Shown: piece by piece, positions 54,270 to 64,000 of the stretch
Position numbering within the stretch: position 1 is the stretch's first letter
How the letters are laid out: each line of letters begins with the position of its first letter
Program-made: the position numbers and the translations under genes
The notes under the pieces: generated by a model
Told to the model about the DNA's origin: nothing
Databases searched by the model: none
The model's input: only the letters and a program-made list of their open reading frames with translations
From: Candidatus Bathyarchaeota archaeon
GTDB lineage: Archaea; Thermoproteota; Bathyarchaeia; TCS64
Length of the DNA: 64,000 bases
Direction: 5' to 3'
NCBI GenBank assembly: GCA_043826455.1
Contig: JBDRQD010000002.1
Coordinates: 1 to 64,000 of the forward strand

Positions 54270-55214
54270 ATGTCTTCCCTTGACTTCGGGGTCCAGATAG
54301 AGCCCCAGTACGGGTTCACCTATACCCAGATAAAGGAGGTAGCTCAGGCCGCTGAGCGCCTCGGCTATGAGTCCATCTGGGTCAGCGACCACTTCTTCAT
54401 GACGCCAGACACCGTGGACACCAACTGCCTGGAGTGCTATACCGTGCTCACAGCCCTCGCCCGGGACACCCGGAGGCTCAGGCTGGGCGCCATGGTGGCC
54501 TCTCAGAGCTACCGGAACCCGGCGCTCCTGGCCAAGATGGCCGCGTCCCTGGACCACATCAGCGGGGGCCGCCTATACTTCGGCGTGGGCGCCGGATGGA
54601 AGGAGGCGGAGTACAGAGCCTACGGCTACCCCTTCCCGGGGCCGGGTGTGAGGATCAGGCAGCTGGACGAAGCCATCGAGGTGTGCAGACGCATGTGGAC
54701 CAATGACAGGGCAAGCTTCGAGGGAAAATACTACACAGTCAGGGACGCCCTGTCAGCCCCCAAGCCCGTCCAGAGGCCGCTGCCCGTGTGGGTGGGGGGC
54801 ACAGGCACCCAGACGCTGCGCGTCGCTGCTAAACACGCCGACGCCGTCAACTTCGCTTGGAGCCAGCCGCCGGCATTCTTCGGCGAGCGCCTCAAGGTGC
54901 TGGAACGCCACTGCAAGAAGATCGGCCGAGACCCCGCGGAGATTCGTAAATCAGCTGGGCTGATGGTGGTTATGGACGAGACCTCGGAGGGCGTGGAAGC
55001 CCGGCTGGAGGCATTGAGAAGGCGCAGAGATGCCGAGTACATGAGGTACCTGAGCAGGCAGCCCCCTAACGTCACGGTGACACCCGACGCCCTTGCCGAG
55101 CTGCTTGGGGAGTACGCCGCGCTGGGTGTGGGCCATTTCATACTGCGCTGGCACTACGGCGACGAGTTGAGGTCACTGAAGCTGTTCGCGGACAAGGTGA
55201 TGAGGAAGCTTTAG
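54270..55214 (+). CDS. LLM-class, probably F420-dependent, oxidoreductase
   Basis: WVSDHF, YRNPALLAKMAASLDHISGGR, GAGW and WVGG motifs. Confidence 0.92.
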   Translation: MSSLDFGVQIEPQYGFTYTQIKEVAQAAERLGYESIWVSDHFFMTPDTVDTNCLECYTVLTALARDTRRLRLGAMVASQSYRNPALLAKMAASLDHISGGRLYFGVGAGWKEAEYRAYGYPFPGPGVRIRQLDEAIEVCRRMWTNDRASFEGKYYTVRDALSAPKPVQRPLPVWVGGTGTQTLRVAAKHADAVNFAWSQPPAFFGERLKVLERHCKKIGRDPAEIRKSAGLMVVMDETSEGVEARLEALRRRRDAEYMRYLSRQPPNVTVTPDALAELLGEYAALGVGHFILRWHYGDELRSLKLFADKVMRKL

Positions 55215-55261
55215 CCGGGCCTGGCAAAGGTGATATTTCCCCCAGGCGGCATGATACGCTG

Positions 55262-56521
55262 ATGACGTTGAACGCCGTGGAGAGACGAGTCCTCGACTCA
55301 CTTGACCTTGACGACATGATCCGTTTCATCGGGGAGCTGGTGGCCATCCCCAGCTACGGGGGCAGGGAGACACGGGCCCAGAGGCACATGGCAGAGAAGC
55401 TGGGGAGCCTGGGCTTCGACGTGGACGCCTGGATGATAGACTTCTCGGAGCTGCGAAGGCACCCCGACTTCAGCATGAGCATCCCCCGGGACGAAGGGAT
55501 GGGCGTCGTGGGCACCTTGGGCGGCGACGAGAGGAGCCTCATCCTCTGCGGCCACATCGACACCGTGGACCCCGGCGACCCAGCTAACTGGGCCACGGAC
55601 CCCATGAAGGCCACCATGAAGGACGGGAAACTCTATGGGCGAGGCGTCTGCGACATGAAGGGTGGACTCTCAGCAGCCCTATACGCGGTGAAGGCCATCA
55701 CGGACGCCGGCGTCAAGCTCAAGGGCAAGCTGATCTATGAGAGCTGCATAGGCGAGGAGGACGGAGGCTGCGGCGCCCTGGCCACGTGCCTCCGCGGCTA
55801 CAGGGCGGACTCCGGCGTGATCATGGAGCCCAGCGAGGTCAAGGTGGCCCCCGAGGTGGCTGGGGCCATGAGTTTCAGGGCCACCGTCCCCGGCAGAAGC
55901 GTCCACGCCTGCGTCAGGGAGGAGGGCGTCAGCGCCATAGAGAAGTTCGTCACAGTCTTCAACGGCCTCAAGGAGCTGGAGGCTGACCGGAACAGGCGGG
56001 TATCCAACCCACTGTACAAGCGCTACAAGACGCCCTACGCACTCAGCATAGGCACAGTCCACGGCGGTCAGTGGCCCGGCACAGTGCCCGAGAAGGTGAC
56101 CTTCGAGGGCCGCCTCGGCGTAGCCGTCGGGGAGACTCAGCATCATGCCAGAGCCGAGCTGGAGAAGAAGGTAGGTGAGATCGCTGACGGGGACCCGTGG
56201 CTCAGAGACCACAGGCCGACGGTGGAGTGGTCCGGTTACAGTTTCGCCCCCAGCAGGGTGCCCCTGGACCACCCCATAGTGAAGACGCTGGCCGCCGGCT
56301 ACAGGGACGCCACAGGCTCGGAGCCGGTGTATGAGGGCATGACTTACGCCTCCGATGCGAGGCTCCTCATCAACGTGGGGGGGACTCCCACGGCAGTGTT
56401 CGGGCCCGGCGATGTCCGGGCCGCCCATGGAGCAAACGAGCACGTGTCCCTGGCGGAGCTGGAGACCACGGCCCGGACCTTGGCCCTAACGGTTCTCAGG
56501 TTCCTGGGATACGAGGGTTAG
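55262..56521 (+). CDS. ArgE/DapE family (M20A) deacylase
   Basis: GHIDTV, GRGVCDMKGG, GEE, MEP, FGPG and AHGANE motifs. Confidence 0.92.
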   Translation: MTLNAVERRVLDSLDLDDMIRFIGELVAIPSYGGRETRAQRHMAEKLGSLGFDVDAWMIDFSELRRHPDFSMSIPRDEGMGVVGTLGGDERSLILCGHIDTVDPGDPANWATDPMKATMKDGKLYGRGVCDMKGGLSAALYAVKAITDAGVKLKGKLIYESCIGEEDGGCGALATCLRGYRADSGVIMEPSEVKVAPEVAGAMSFRATVPGRSVHACVREEGVSAIEKFVTVFNGLKELEADRNRRVSNPLYKRYKTPYALSIGTVHGGQWPGTVPEKVTFEGRLGVAVGETQHHARAELEKKVGEIADGDPWLRDHRPTVEWSGYSFAPSRVPLDHPIVKTLAAGYRDATGSEPVYEGMTYASDARLLINVGGTPTAVFGPGDVRAAHGANEHVSLAELETTARTLALTVLRFLGYEG

Positions 56522-56718
56522 AGGTCCGGTGGCCCTACTCGCACCCGGTCCAGGGCCTCTTCCCCGCTGTACTTTAACCCGAAGACTGAGCACAGGAGCC
56601 ACGTCACTCCTGCGGACTCGACATTATCCGCCAGCGTCCTCAGCTCTTTCCTGTCGTCCGGCCACTCCTGCCCGTAGCAGACATTGAAAGGCGCTCTAGT
56701 ACTACTTTTCAGCTCAAT
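56518..56718 (-). pseudogene. 3-prime remnant of an LLM-class oxidoreductase gene
   Basis: Start-less open frame IELKSSTRAPFNV...AGVTWLL...RVRVGPPDL-stop, resembling LLM C-termini; absent from the ORF track. Confidence 0.5.
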
Positions 56719-56755
56719 TCATAACTTAAATACCGTCCCGGTCAAGGCTTATGGG

Positions 56756-57862
56756 TTGAACACCGTCGGCCTCATAGTCAACCCAGTCGCCGGGATAGGC
56801 GGAGCCGTGGGCCTCAAGGGCAGCGACGGCGAGGAGACCCAGCGCAGGGCGCGGGAATTAGGCGCAGTGCCCCCCGCCCCTAGGAGAGCCACAGCAGCCC
56901 TCAGGGCCCTCAAGGCGGCGGTGCCGGAGGTAAAGGTCGTCACCTACCCTGGGTCTATGGGTGAGGACCCATGCAGGGAGGCCGGTATCGAGCCGGTGGT
57001 CCTGGGCGAAGTAGGGGGCGTCACGACTGCTGAGGACACCGTGAGGGCGGCTCTTGACCTCCGGGAGGCGGGTGTTGATCTCATCCTTTTCGTGGGTGGA
57101 GACGGCACAGCCAGGGACATCCACCTGGCCGTGGACTCCAGGATACCCGTTCTTGGTGTGCCCTCGGGCGTAAAGATACACTCGGGGGTGTTCGCTGTTA
57201 ACCCCGGATCGGCGGGCAGCCTCGCGGCCCTCTACCTCCGGGGTGACGCGCCTCTGAGGGATGCCGAGGTCATGGATATAGATGAGGAGGCCTTCAGGCG
57301 TAACCAGCTGTCGGCCAGCCTCTACGGCTATATGAGGGCACCATACTCGCCGCGGCACCTGCAGAGCAGCAAGGAGGGGGCCGGCCACCAGGAGGAGTAC
57401 ACGTTGGAGGCCATCGCCGCGGATGTGGTGGAGCACATGGAGCCTGAGGTTCTGTATATTCTGGGGCCGGGCTCAACCACGGTGCCCATAGCCGTGAAGC
57501 TGGGCCTTGATAAGACGCTCCTTGGCGTGGACGCGGTCCTTGACGGTGAGCTGGTGGCGAGCGACGCATCGGAGGAGACCCTCCTGGGGCTCCTGGAGGG
57601 GCGAAGAGGCGCCGTGGTCCTATCCGTGATCGGGGGCCAGGGCTTCATACTGGGCAGGGGCAACCAGCAAATAAGCCCTAGGGTCATCCGTCAGGTGGGC
57701 AAGGAGAACATTATTATTGTGGCTACACCTGAGAAGCTGGCCTCGCTCAGGGGCCAGCCTCTGAGGGTGGACACCGGAGACCCGGGCCTGGACGAGGAGC
57801 TGAAGGGCTACTACAGGGTGGTGACGGGGTACGGCAGGAGAACCATCATCAGAGTCGTTTAG
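56756..57862 (+). CDS. ATP-NAD kinase / AcoX-like family protein
   Basis: GLIVNPVAGIGG, GGDGTARD, GVKIHSGVF and GRGNQQ motifs. Confidence 0.9.
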   Translation: MNTVGLIVNPVAGIGGAVGLKGSDGEETQRRARELGAVPPAPRRATAALRALKAAVPEVKVVTYPGSMGEDPCREAGIEPVVLGEVGGVTTAEDTVRAALDLREAGVDLILFVGGDGTARDIHLAVDSRIPVLGVPSGVKIHSGVFAVNPGSAGSLAALYLRGDAPLRDAEVMDIDEEAFRRNQLSASLYGYMRAPYSPRHLQSSKEGAGHQEEYTLEAIAADVVEHMEPEVLYILGPGSTTVPIAVKLGLDKTLLGVDAVLDGELVASDASEETLLGLLEGRRGAVVLSVIGGQGFILGRGNQQISPRVIRQVGKENIIIVATPEKLASLRGQPLRVDTGDPGLDEELKGYYRVVTGYGRRTIIRVV

Positions 57863-57863
57863 G

Positions 57864-58592
57864 CTAGGCGGCCCCCTCGAGGAACTAACAGAGGGCTACA
57901 AGGCCTCCAGGCACCCCTACAATGAGACTGGTGCCGAGATATACAGGCTCACCCACCCGGAGAAGCCGAGCCTATACCTTAAGGTCTACAGGAACACAGG
58001 GTTCAGGCTGAGGCGGGAGTACGATATCCTCAAGTGGATCGGGGTCAGGCTGCCCACCCCCGAGCCTCTCTTCTACATGTTCTCGGAGGGCGTGGAGTAC
58101 CAGCTGACAAGTGAGGTGCCCGGTACCCCCGCCCATCAGGTGCAGCCCGAGGAGCGGGAGAACGCTGTACGGGTCCTGGCCTTCACCCTCAAATGTATTC
58201 ACGAGCTGGACACAGACGCCTGCCCCTACACTAACACCATTAAAGACCGTGTCATAGTCCTCAAGTCGGCGCTAAATCAGAGGGACGGGACGAAGCTGGA
58301 CGAGCTCATGGAGCACGCCCCGGCTGAGACGCTGGTCTTCACCCACGGCGACTACTGTCTCCCCAACGTGATCACCCTGGGTCCCCGCCTCAGCGGCGTA
58401 ATAGACTGGGACCACGCCGGCCTGGCGGACCCATACGTGGACCTGGCTTCCTGCCTCTGGAGCCTCAAATACAACTACGGGGAGCGGGACTCCAAGGATA
58501 TGTGGATACCCCTCTTCCTGGAGGTCTACGGCCTGGACGCTCTGGACGACGAGAAGCTGGGATTCTACTCGGAGCTCATGGCGCTGGAGTAG
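57864..58592 (+). CDS. APH(3')-like phosphotransferase; true start unresolved
   Basis: Frame open upstream of the ORF call with GAEIYRL...LYLK...E..IL.W; HGDYCLPN, IDW and AD.YVD motifs. Confidence 0.8.
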   Translation, partial: LGGPLEELTEGYKASRHPYNETGAEIYRLTHPEKPSLYLKVYRNTGFRLRREYDILKWIGVRLPTPEPLFYMFSEGVEYQLTSEVPGTPAHQVQPEERENAVRVLAFTLKCIHELDTDACPYTNTIKDRVIVLKSALNQRDGTKLDELMEHAPAETLVFTHGDYCLPNVITLGPRLSGVIDWDHAGLADPYVDLASCLWSLKYNYGERDSKDMWIPLFLEVYGLDALDDEKLGFYSELMALE

Positions 58593-59399
58593 CTATCTGG
58601 GCTTGTAGGGGCCCAGGTACTCCTCCTGGAGGATGTTTCCGCCGTCGATGACTATCTCGCTGCCGGTCAGGTAACTGGACTCGTCCGAGGCCAGGAAGAG
58701 GACCAGGTTGCCCACGTCTTCAGGGCTGCCCTGCCGCCCCACCGGTATCTTGTAGCCGAACTCCCGCATCTTCTCATCGGCGTCCTCGTCGCCGCTGCTG
58801 CCTCTGAGGCCGAAGGCGCCTGGACTGTGGATGTAGCCGGGAAGGATGGTGTTCACGTTGATGCCGCTCTGAGCTGTCTCCAGGGCCAGGGTCTTGGTGA
58901 AGCCTACGACCGCCGCCTTGGTGGCACCGTAGGCCGTCTGGCCTCCGCCGGGGGAGCCCACCATGGGGCCCGTGACGCTGCTCATGTTGATGATCTTGCC
59001 GTACCTGCGCTCCATCATGCCGGGGAGCACGGCCTTGGCGCACCTGAACATGCCGAACACGTTGATCTCGAACATCCTGTGGAGGAACTCCTCATCCATC
59101 TCCACGAGCCTCCGCCGAGGGTAGATGCCAGCGTTGTTCACCAGGATGTCCACCCTGCCGTGTCTTCTTTCGATGTCCGCCATGACCTCAGCCACCTGAT
59201 CGGGGTCGGTGACGTCCATGATCATGCTCTCAGCCTTGTAGCCCTCGGAGGCTATCGTCTTGGCCGTCTCCTCCACCTTCGAGGAAACATCTGTCAGTAC
59301 CACGGTTGCCCCGTTCCTAGCCAGCACCCGGCTTATGCCGGCGCCGATGCCCTGCATGGCGCCGGTCACCACAGCCACTTTACCCTCAAGCCTCACCAC
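58593..59399 (-). CDS. Short-chain dehydrogenase/reductase
   Basis: TGAMQGIG, NNAG, SS, YGATK and IDGG motifs. Confidence 0.93.
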   Translation of the reverse strand: MVRLEGKVAVVTGAMQGIGAGISRVLARNGATVVLTDVSSKVEETAKTIASEGYKAESMIMDVTDPDQVAEVMADIERRHGRVDILVNNAGIYPRRRLVEMDEEFLHRMFEINVFGMFRCAKAVLPGMMERRYGKIINMSSVTGPMVGSPGGGQTAYGATKAAVVGFTKTLALETAQSGINVNTILPGYIHSPGAFGLRGSSGDEDADEKMREFGYKIPVGRQGSPEDVGNLVLFLASDESSYLTGSEIVIDGGNILQEEYLGPYKPR

Positions 59400-60931
59400 T
59401 TCTCACCTCTCTTCCTCTTGTAGGCCCTCCAGCTCATGGCCCACCTCTCCGGGTCATCGAAGCCACCGTCCAGAGTCACGTGGTTGCTGCTCCTGTGGGG
59501 GGCCGTCTTAACCAGCTCAGGGTCCGAATAAGCCTCCTCGATAACTGTCCTCAGGGCCTCAACCCAGTAGTCTATGTCCGCCTTGCTGTAGGTCTCGCAA
59601 GGCTCAGGGGTGAAGGGCTCAGGCACCAGCCACGGGTGGTGGCTGGTGAACATGCTCTGCACTCCGTAGTCGATGAGCCTGTTGTTGACCTCGTGGACGC
59701 CGACGCCCGTCTCCTCCTTCAGCCTCTCAAGGCTCCACCTGGCCTGGTCGAGCCGCCTGCCGCCGAAGGGCAGCGTCACGCCTCTGATCTTCTTCACCTT
59801 CTCCACCAGGTACTGGTTGTTGATCATGCTCACCTCGGCGGCCTCCCTGATGCCCTCGGCGCCCATGGCAATGCACCAGGCGTAGCTGCGCACCACTGCC
59901 TGGAGGTTGCCCATGAAGTCCCTGACCCGGCCAATGCTGTGGGGCCTATCGTAGTCCAGACGGTAGAGGCCGTCCCTCTTCACTATGACGGGCACTGGCA
60001 GATAGGGTTCCAGCTCCTCGGTGACGCCTACTGCGGCTGAGCCTGGGCCGCTGCTGCCGTGGGGGCTGCTGAAGGTCTTGTGGAGGTTGAAGAAGCACAG
60101 GTCGAACCCGGCCTCACGGGCTCTGGTCACCCCCATGATGGCGTTGGCGTTGGCCTGGTCGTAGGAGCAGAGGCCCCCAGCCTCATGGATTATGCTGGTC
60201 CACTCATCGATCTCCTTGTTGAATATGCCCGTGTCCTCGGGGTTTGTGATGAAGCAGCCAGCCGTCCTAGGGCTGACGGCCTCCTTAAGGGCCTCCGTGT
60301 CGGGGAGCCCGGTCTCCGGGTTAGGGTACAGGGTTATCACCTTGTAGCCGGCCGTGGCCGGGCACGCGGCGTCGCATGGGTGGCTGAAGATGGTGGTTAT
60401 AACCTCGTCCCTCCAGGGCTCGTCGTTCGTCTGGTGGTACTTTCTCATGATCAACGCGTTGTTGTAGGCCCCGGCTGACCCCCCGGGGGGCTGGAAGCTG
60501 AAGGCGTCCATGCCGCTGATCTCCCTGAGGAAGACATCGCCGAACTCGTACACCACCTGAAGTAATCCCTGGATGGTCTCCTCAGGCTGCTCCGGGTGAA
60601 CCTCCGCGATCATGCCGACCAGGTCCTCGTTCACCTTGGGGCTGTACTTCATGGTGCATGTGCCCACCCCCAGGTCTATGTCCAGCTCCATGCCCAGCGT
60701 CATCTGGCTGAGCCTGAGGTAGTGGCGCAGCACCTGAGCCTGACTGATCTCAGGCAGCCCAGGCTTCTCTCTCCTCCTCATAGAGGCCGGCACCAGCTTT
60801 GAGGCGTCCCCCACCTTGGCCTTGATCTTGTTCTCGGCCCTGGGTGGTATGAAGCCTCTTTCACCGGGGCTGCTCAGCTCGTGGACTATGGGCTCATTCC
60901 ACCTGGCCGCGTGATACTCTCTCACCTTCAT
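59393..60931 (-). CDS. gcvPB: Glycine dehydrogenase (decarboxylating) subunit 2-like
   Basis: RHYLRLSQ, GTCTMKY and NLHKTFSSPHG PLP-lysine motif. Confidence 0.9.
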   Translation of the reverse strand: MKVREYHAARWNEPIVHELSSPGERGFIPPRAENKIKAKVGDASKLVPASMRRREKPGLPEISQAQVLRHYLRLSQMTLGMELDIDLGVGTCTMKYSPKVNEDLVGMIAEVHPEQPEETIQGLLQVVYEFGDVFLREISGMDAFSFQPPGGSAGAYNNALIMRKYHQTNDEPWRDEVITTIFSHPCDAACPATAGYKVITLYPNPETGLPDTEALKEAVSPRTAGCFITNPEDTGIFNKEIDEWTSIIHEAGGLCSYDQANANAIMGVTRAREAGFDLCFFNLHKTFSSPHGSSGPGSAAVGVTEELEPYLPVPVIVKRDGLYRLDYDRPHSIGRVRDFMGNLQAVVRSYAWCIAMGAEGIREAAEVSMINNQYLVEKVKKIRGVTLPFGGRRLDQARWSLERLKEETGVGVHEVNNRLIDYGVQSMFTSHHPWLVPEPFTPEPCETYSKADIDYWVEALRTVIEEAYSDPELVKTAPHRSSNHVTLDGGFDDPERWAMSWRAYKRKRGEKW

Positions 60932-62325
60932 GCCAGCGCCTCCTTCATTGCATGCTCCAGAGCCTCTATCTGCTCCAGGGTGTGGACCTCCGTTACGCAG
61001 TAGAGGGCCGACTCCCCGAGAGCCGGGAACTCCTTCGACAGGTCCTTCCCTCCGAGTATCCTGCGCCTCAGCAGCGCCTTGTTCACCTCTCTGACGGTTT
61101 TACCTGTGAAACTGACAGGGAACTCCTTGAAGAAGCCCATGTAGGGTACCTGTATGCCTTCCAGCTCGCCCAGAAGCCCCGCTGTGTAGTGGCTCTTCTG
61201 AAGGATGGTCTCCCCCACCTCCCCGATGCCCTCGGGACCCAGCAGACTCATGTAAACCGCAGCTACTATCCCCCAGAGGGCCGTGGTGGTGCCCACCCAG
61301 TCCTTGGCGTTCTCCCGGGCCACGTAGCTGGTGCGCTCGTAGAGGGCCTGCCCGAACCCGTACTCCCCCGGGACGACGGTTTCGGTGATGCTCACCAGCC
61401 TCAGGGGGTACTCGGCCACGTACCTCTCCTCGTCCCTGCTGGCTATGAAGCCGCATGAGCCGCCCCCAGCGTACATGTGGACGCCCAGGGACTGGGCCTC
61501 TCCGCAGGCTATGTCCACGCCGTAGTCGCTGGGCGGGGCCAGGACCCCCAGGCTTATGGGGTCCACCCCGCAGACGCTCTCCGCCCCAACGCTATGGGCC
61601 AGGGCGCTTATCTCTTCTCCCTCAGCCTCTATGACTCCTAGGTAGTTGGGGTTCTCGAAGTAGACGCAGGCCACGTCCTCACCCAGCTTGGACTCCAGGT
61701 CGCCGAGGTCCACTGTACCGGTTTCGAGGTACATATCCACGGGGACCACATCTATGCCGGCGCCTTCCTGGGCCGAGCCGCAGAAGTTGGTGATGACGCT
61801 GAGCCTGGAGGGGCTCACGTTCCCTGGTACCAGTATCTTCCTTCGCCCTGTGAGCCTGGATGCCATCCTGACGCTGTTGCCGGCGGCCGCCGCCCAGTCG
61901 TAGGTGGGGATGCCGGTCACCTCCATGCCCAGGAGCTCGCAGATGAGGCTCTGGAACTCGAAGTTGGCCTGGAACCTGCCCAGGTCGCTGTGGCTGCCAC
62001 CAGCGTAGGCTGTGAGGAACTCGCTTCGGCCGGCTATCACCTCGCAGACCTTGGGGACGTAGTGCCTCCAGCAACCTGCGCCCAGGAAGCTGATGTACTC
62101 GGCCGCAGTCACGTTCCTGCTGAGGATGGACTCAACGTGGCGTCTGAGCTCCAGCTCCCCTGGAAGGGGCTCAGGCAGCCTCAGCTGCCTCTCCATGAGC
62201 AGCCTGTCGGGTATCATCTCCCTGTAAAGCTCGTCGGCGTCTCTAGCCCCCACGGCTCTAAGCATCTCCCGTTTGACCTCAGGCACGGAGTTGGGTATGT
62301 AGGGGTGGGGTGCGCCTTTGACCAT
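60928..62325 (-). CDS. gcvPA: Glycine dehydrogenase (decarboxylating) subunit 1-like
   Basis: HPYIPN, SFLGAG, SEFLTAY, GEAQSLG and CVTE motifs. Confidence 0.9.
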   Translation of the reverse strand: MVKGAPHPYIPNSVPEVKREMLRAVGARDADELYREMIPDRLLMERQLRLPEPLPGELELRRHVESILSRNVTAAEYISFLGAGCWRHYVPKVCEVIAGRSEFLTAYAGGSHSDLGRFQANFEFQSLICELLGMEVTGIPTYDWAAAAGNSVRMASRLTGRRKILVPGNVSPSRLSVITNFCGSAQEGAGIDVVPVDMYLETGTVDLGDLESKLGEDVACVYFENPNYLGVIEAEGEEISALAHSVGAESVCGVDPISLGVLAPPSDYGVDIACGEAQSLGVHMYAGGGSCGFIASRDEERYVAEYPLRLVSITETVVPGEYGFGQALYERTSYVARENAKDWVGTTTALWGIVAAVYMSLLGPEGIGEVGETILQKSHYTAGLLGELEGIQVPYMGFFKEFPVSFTGKTVREVNKALLRRRILGGKDLSKEFPALGESALYCVTEVHTLEQIEALEHAMKEALA

Positions 62326-62391
62326 GATTTCACCTAGCCCATAGACGGTGGGCTCTGTGTTTAACGGTTTCCAGTGAAAGCAAAAGTAAGA

Positions 62392-62880
62392 GGTTTTCGA
62401 TTAACCGTGTTTTCTAGGGCTCCGAAGTCAAGGACGAGGAGGCACCTCACTGAAGGAAAAGTATGAAGCTATAGATGGAAATTTTTTTCGCCTTATACCA
62501 TCTAGGACGGTATAAGCCACATCTCAGGGACTTCACGCCAGCACTATAGCCCCAGAGGGGGGTAGAGCGAGATAGACTGGAAACGGACGCCCCACACCAA
62601 AAGGAGCCACAGAACCGGTCCGACGGCGCATGAATCTATGCAAAAGCGCTGTTCATACCATACAAAAATACGGCACATTCATCACATCAAGCACAGGGCA
62701 ACGATGGTTGATATGCAAAAAAAGTAGGAGGTATCATCTAATGGCGAATATTCCTATCATTCAGGATCACCCGCACATCGACGAGACGCCTGAGCACCCC
62801 AGGTAAATTGACGCGAAAAAGGTAGGAGGGATATCATATAATAGCGCATATTTTTATTATTAGACAGATTACTTGCCCAA
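62392..62880 (+). repeat. Dispersed intergenic element, copy C, with internal duplication of its right-hand motif
   Basis: Colinear with copy B; the AAAAA(A/G)GTAGGAGG..ATCAT.TAAT motif occurs twice (about 62717 and 62816). Confidence 0.9.
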
Positions 62881-63047
62881 AGTCGAAGACTACAGCACAT
62901 TAAAAAGATAGTCAAAAGCCTCGTAAGTGTCTCCAAAAACTTGTGGCAGCGATAGAGCCTGGGCATAGCGCCTTAAACGCTTCATCCCCCCTGCACAAAC
63001 TTTAATCACTTAAGCCCCGTGAGGTATCTTTAACTGGTGGAGGCTTA

Positions 63048-64000
63048 GTGGAGGAGACCCCCAAGAGGACGCTGATTCCCCGCAACGTGCTCGTCCTAAC
63101 CATGAGCAGAGCCATCTGGAGCATGAGCGACACCAACATAGATAACTTCATCAGCAGCTACATGCTCGCCCTGGGGGCCAGCGTCCCCACCATCGGCCTC
63201 ATCAACGCCCTGGGCAGCTTCGGCGCCATGCTCCTCTACCCCATAGGCGGCTACATAGCGGACAAGAGCGGCCGGGTCCGCCTCGTCTCATACTCCACCA
63301 TCCTCTACGTGTCCAGCTTCCTCGTCTTCCTGTTCGCCCCAGGCTGGGAGTGGGCCGCCTTCGCCATGATCTACCAGCAGATGGTCCTCTTCTACGTGCC
63401 CGCCATGAACGCGGTGATGGCTGACAGCATCCCCGTGGGCGAACGGGGGAGACTATACGCCTTCAACTTCGCCCTACCCAACATCATCAGGATCATAGCC
63501 CCCTACATAGCGGGCCTCTTCATAGCCAGGTTCGAGCTCATCCCGGCAATGCGCATAGGGTTCACCTTCAGCTTCATCACAGGCCTGGTGGTGGCCGCCC
63601 TCCGCCTCTTCTTCCTGAAGGAGACCCTCCCTAAAATGGAGACCATGGACTGGAACCCGCTGCGCCTCTTCGTGAACGCCTACAGGGACATGGTGGTGAC
63701 GTTGAGGTGGGTCTGGGACAACATACGGACCTACGCAGCCTTGAGCATGACACTGTCCTTCCTCAGCAGCATGATTCTGCCCTTCTGGATAATATACGCG
63801 GCCTTGGAGATAGGGCTAGAACCCTACCAGTGGGGGGTGATCCTCCTATGGAGCGGCGTAGCCAGGGCCGTCCTGAGCCTGTTCATCGGGGAGATAGTGG
63901 ACAGGTTGGGCCCCCGAAGGTGTTTCCTGGCCGGCTTCCTCCTGTCCATCCCGTGCATGTTCCTGTTCACCTTAGCCTCAGGGTTCTGGGACTTGCTGGC
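63048..64000 (+). CDS. MFS transporter, runs off the window end
   Basis: GTG start at 63048; GGYIADKSGR and GEIVDRLGPRR motifs; frame open to 64000. Confidence 0.85.
   Translation, partial: MEETPKRTLIPRNVLVLTMSRAIWSMSDTNIDNFISSYMLALGASVPTIGLINALGSFGAMLLYPIGGYIADKSGRVRLVSYSTILYVSSFLVFLFAPGWEWAAFAMIYQQMVLFYVPAMNAVMADSIPVGERGRLYAFNFALPNIIRIIAPYIAGLFIARFELIPAMRIGFTFSFITGLVVAALRLFFLKETLPKMETMDWNPLRLFVNAYRDMVVTLRWVWDNIRTYAALSMTLSFLSSMILPFWIIYAALEIGLEPYQWGVILLWSGVARAVLSLFIGEIVDRLGPRRCFLAGFLLSIPCMFLFTLASGFWDLL

Noticed and set aside
57864..58592. Acquired aminoglycoside-resistance gene
   Set aside because: Host-like GC and codon usage, no mobile context; APH-fold kinases have many other substrates
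880..62337. Numerous 60-260 aa ORFs antisense or out of frame to the called genes
   Set aside because: Expected shadow ORFs in GC-rich coding DNA, with no recognisable motifs
62640..62670. In-frame TGA in copy C as selenocysteine or a recoded stop
   Set aside because: It aligns with TGG (Trp), not Cys, in the other copies, and TGA is a normal stop in this window
1..64000. CRISPR array, cas genes, transposase, integrase, reverse transcriptase or rRNA
   Set aside because: No regularly spaced repeat-spacer series and no ORF or sequence with the relevant motifs was seen

Overview
GC-rich archaeal chromosomal segment, most likely from Bathyarchaeia. This is inferred from archaeal-type tRNAs, TATA/BRE-like promoters 25-45 bp before starts, GIPxFP-type C-terminal sorting tails and paralogous single-TM ORFans. 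It carries about 65 genes: amino-acid and peptide catabolism (porGDAB, divergent gcvPA/PB, M20/M24/DmpA peptidases, three penicillin-binding-protein-fold serine hydrolases, Kelch surface proteins), transporters, GNATs, two toxin-antitoxin pairs and three tRNAs. Most notable: (1) a complete bacillithiol-type low-molecular-weight thiol locus (bshB, amidohydrolase, bshC with a zinc-ribbon insert, thioredoxin, bshA, two DinB transferases) in an archaeon; (2) a low-GC run of single-gene modules whose junctions share a CCATAAT(C/T)TTATCCTCACTTC-like motif that recurs 10 kb away, suggesting a non-integron cassette system; (3) three diverged copies of a 250-490 bp intergenic element, two with a conserved hairpin; (4) a trypsin-like protease whose C-terminal barrel appears permuted; (5) an APH-like gene without a canonical start behind a possible +1 shifty stop. 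No CRISPR array, integrase or transposase was seen. All family calls come from motif recognition by eye, not database searches.
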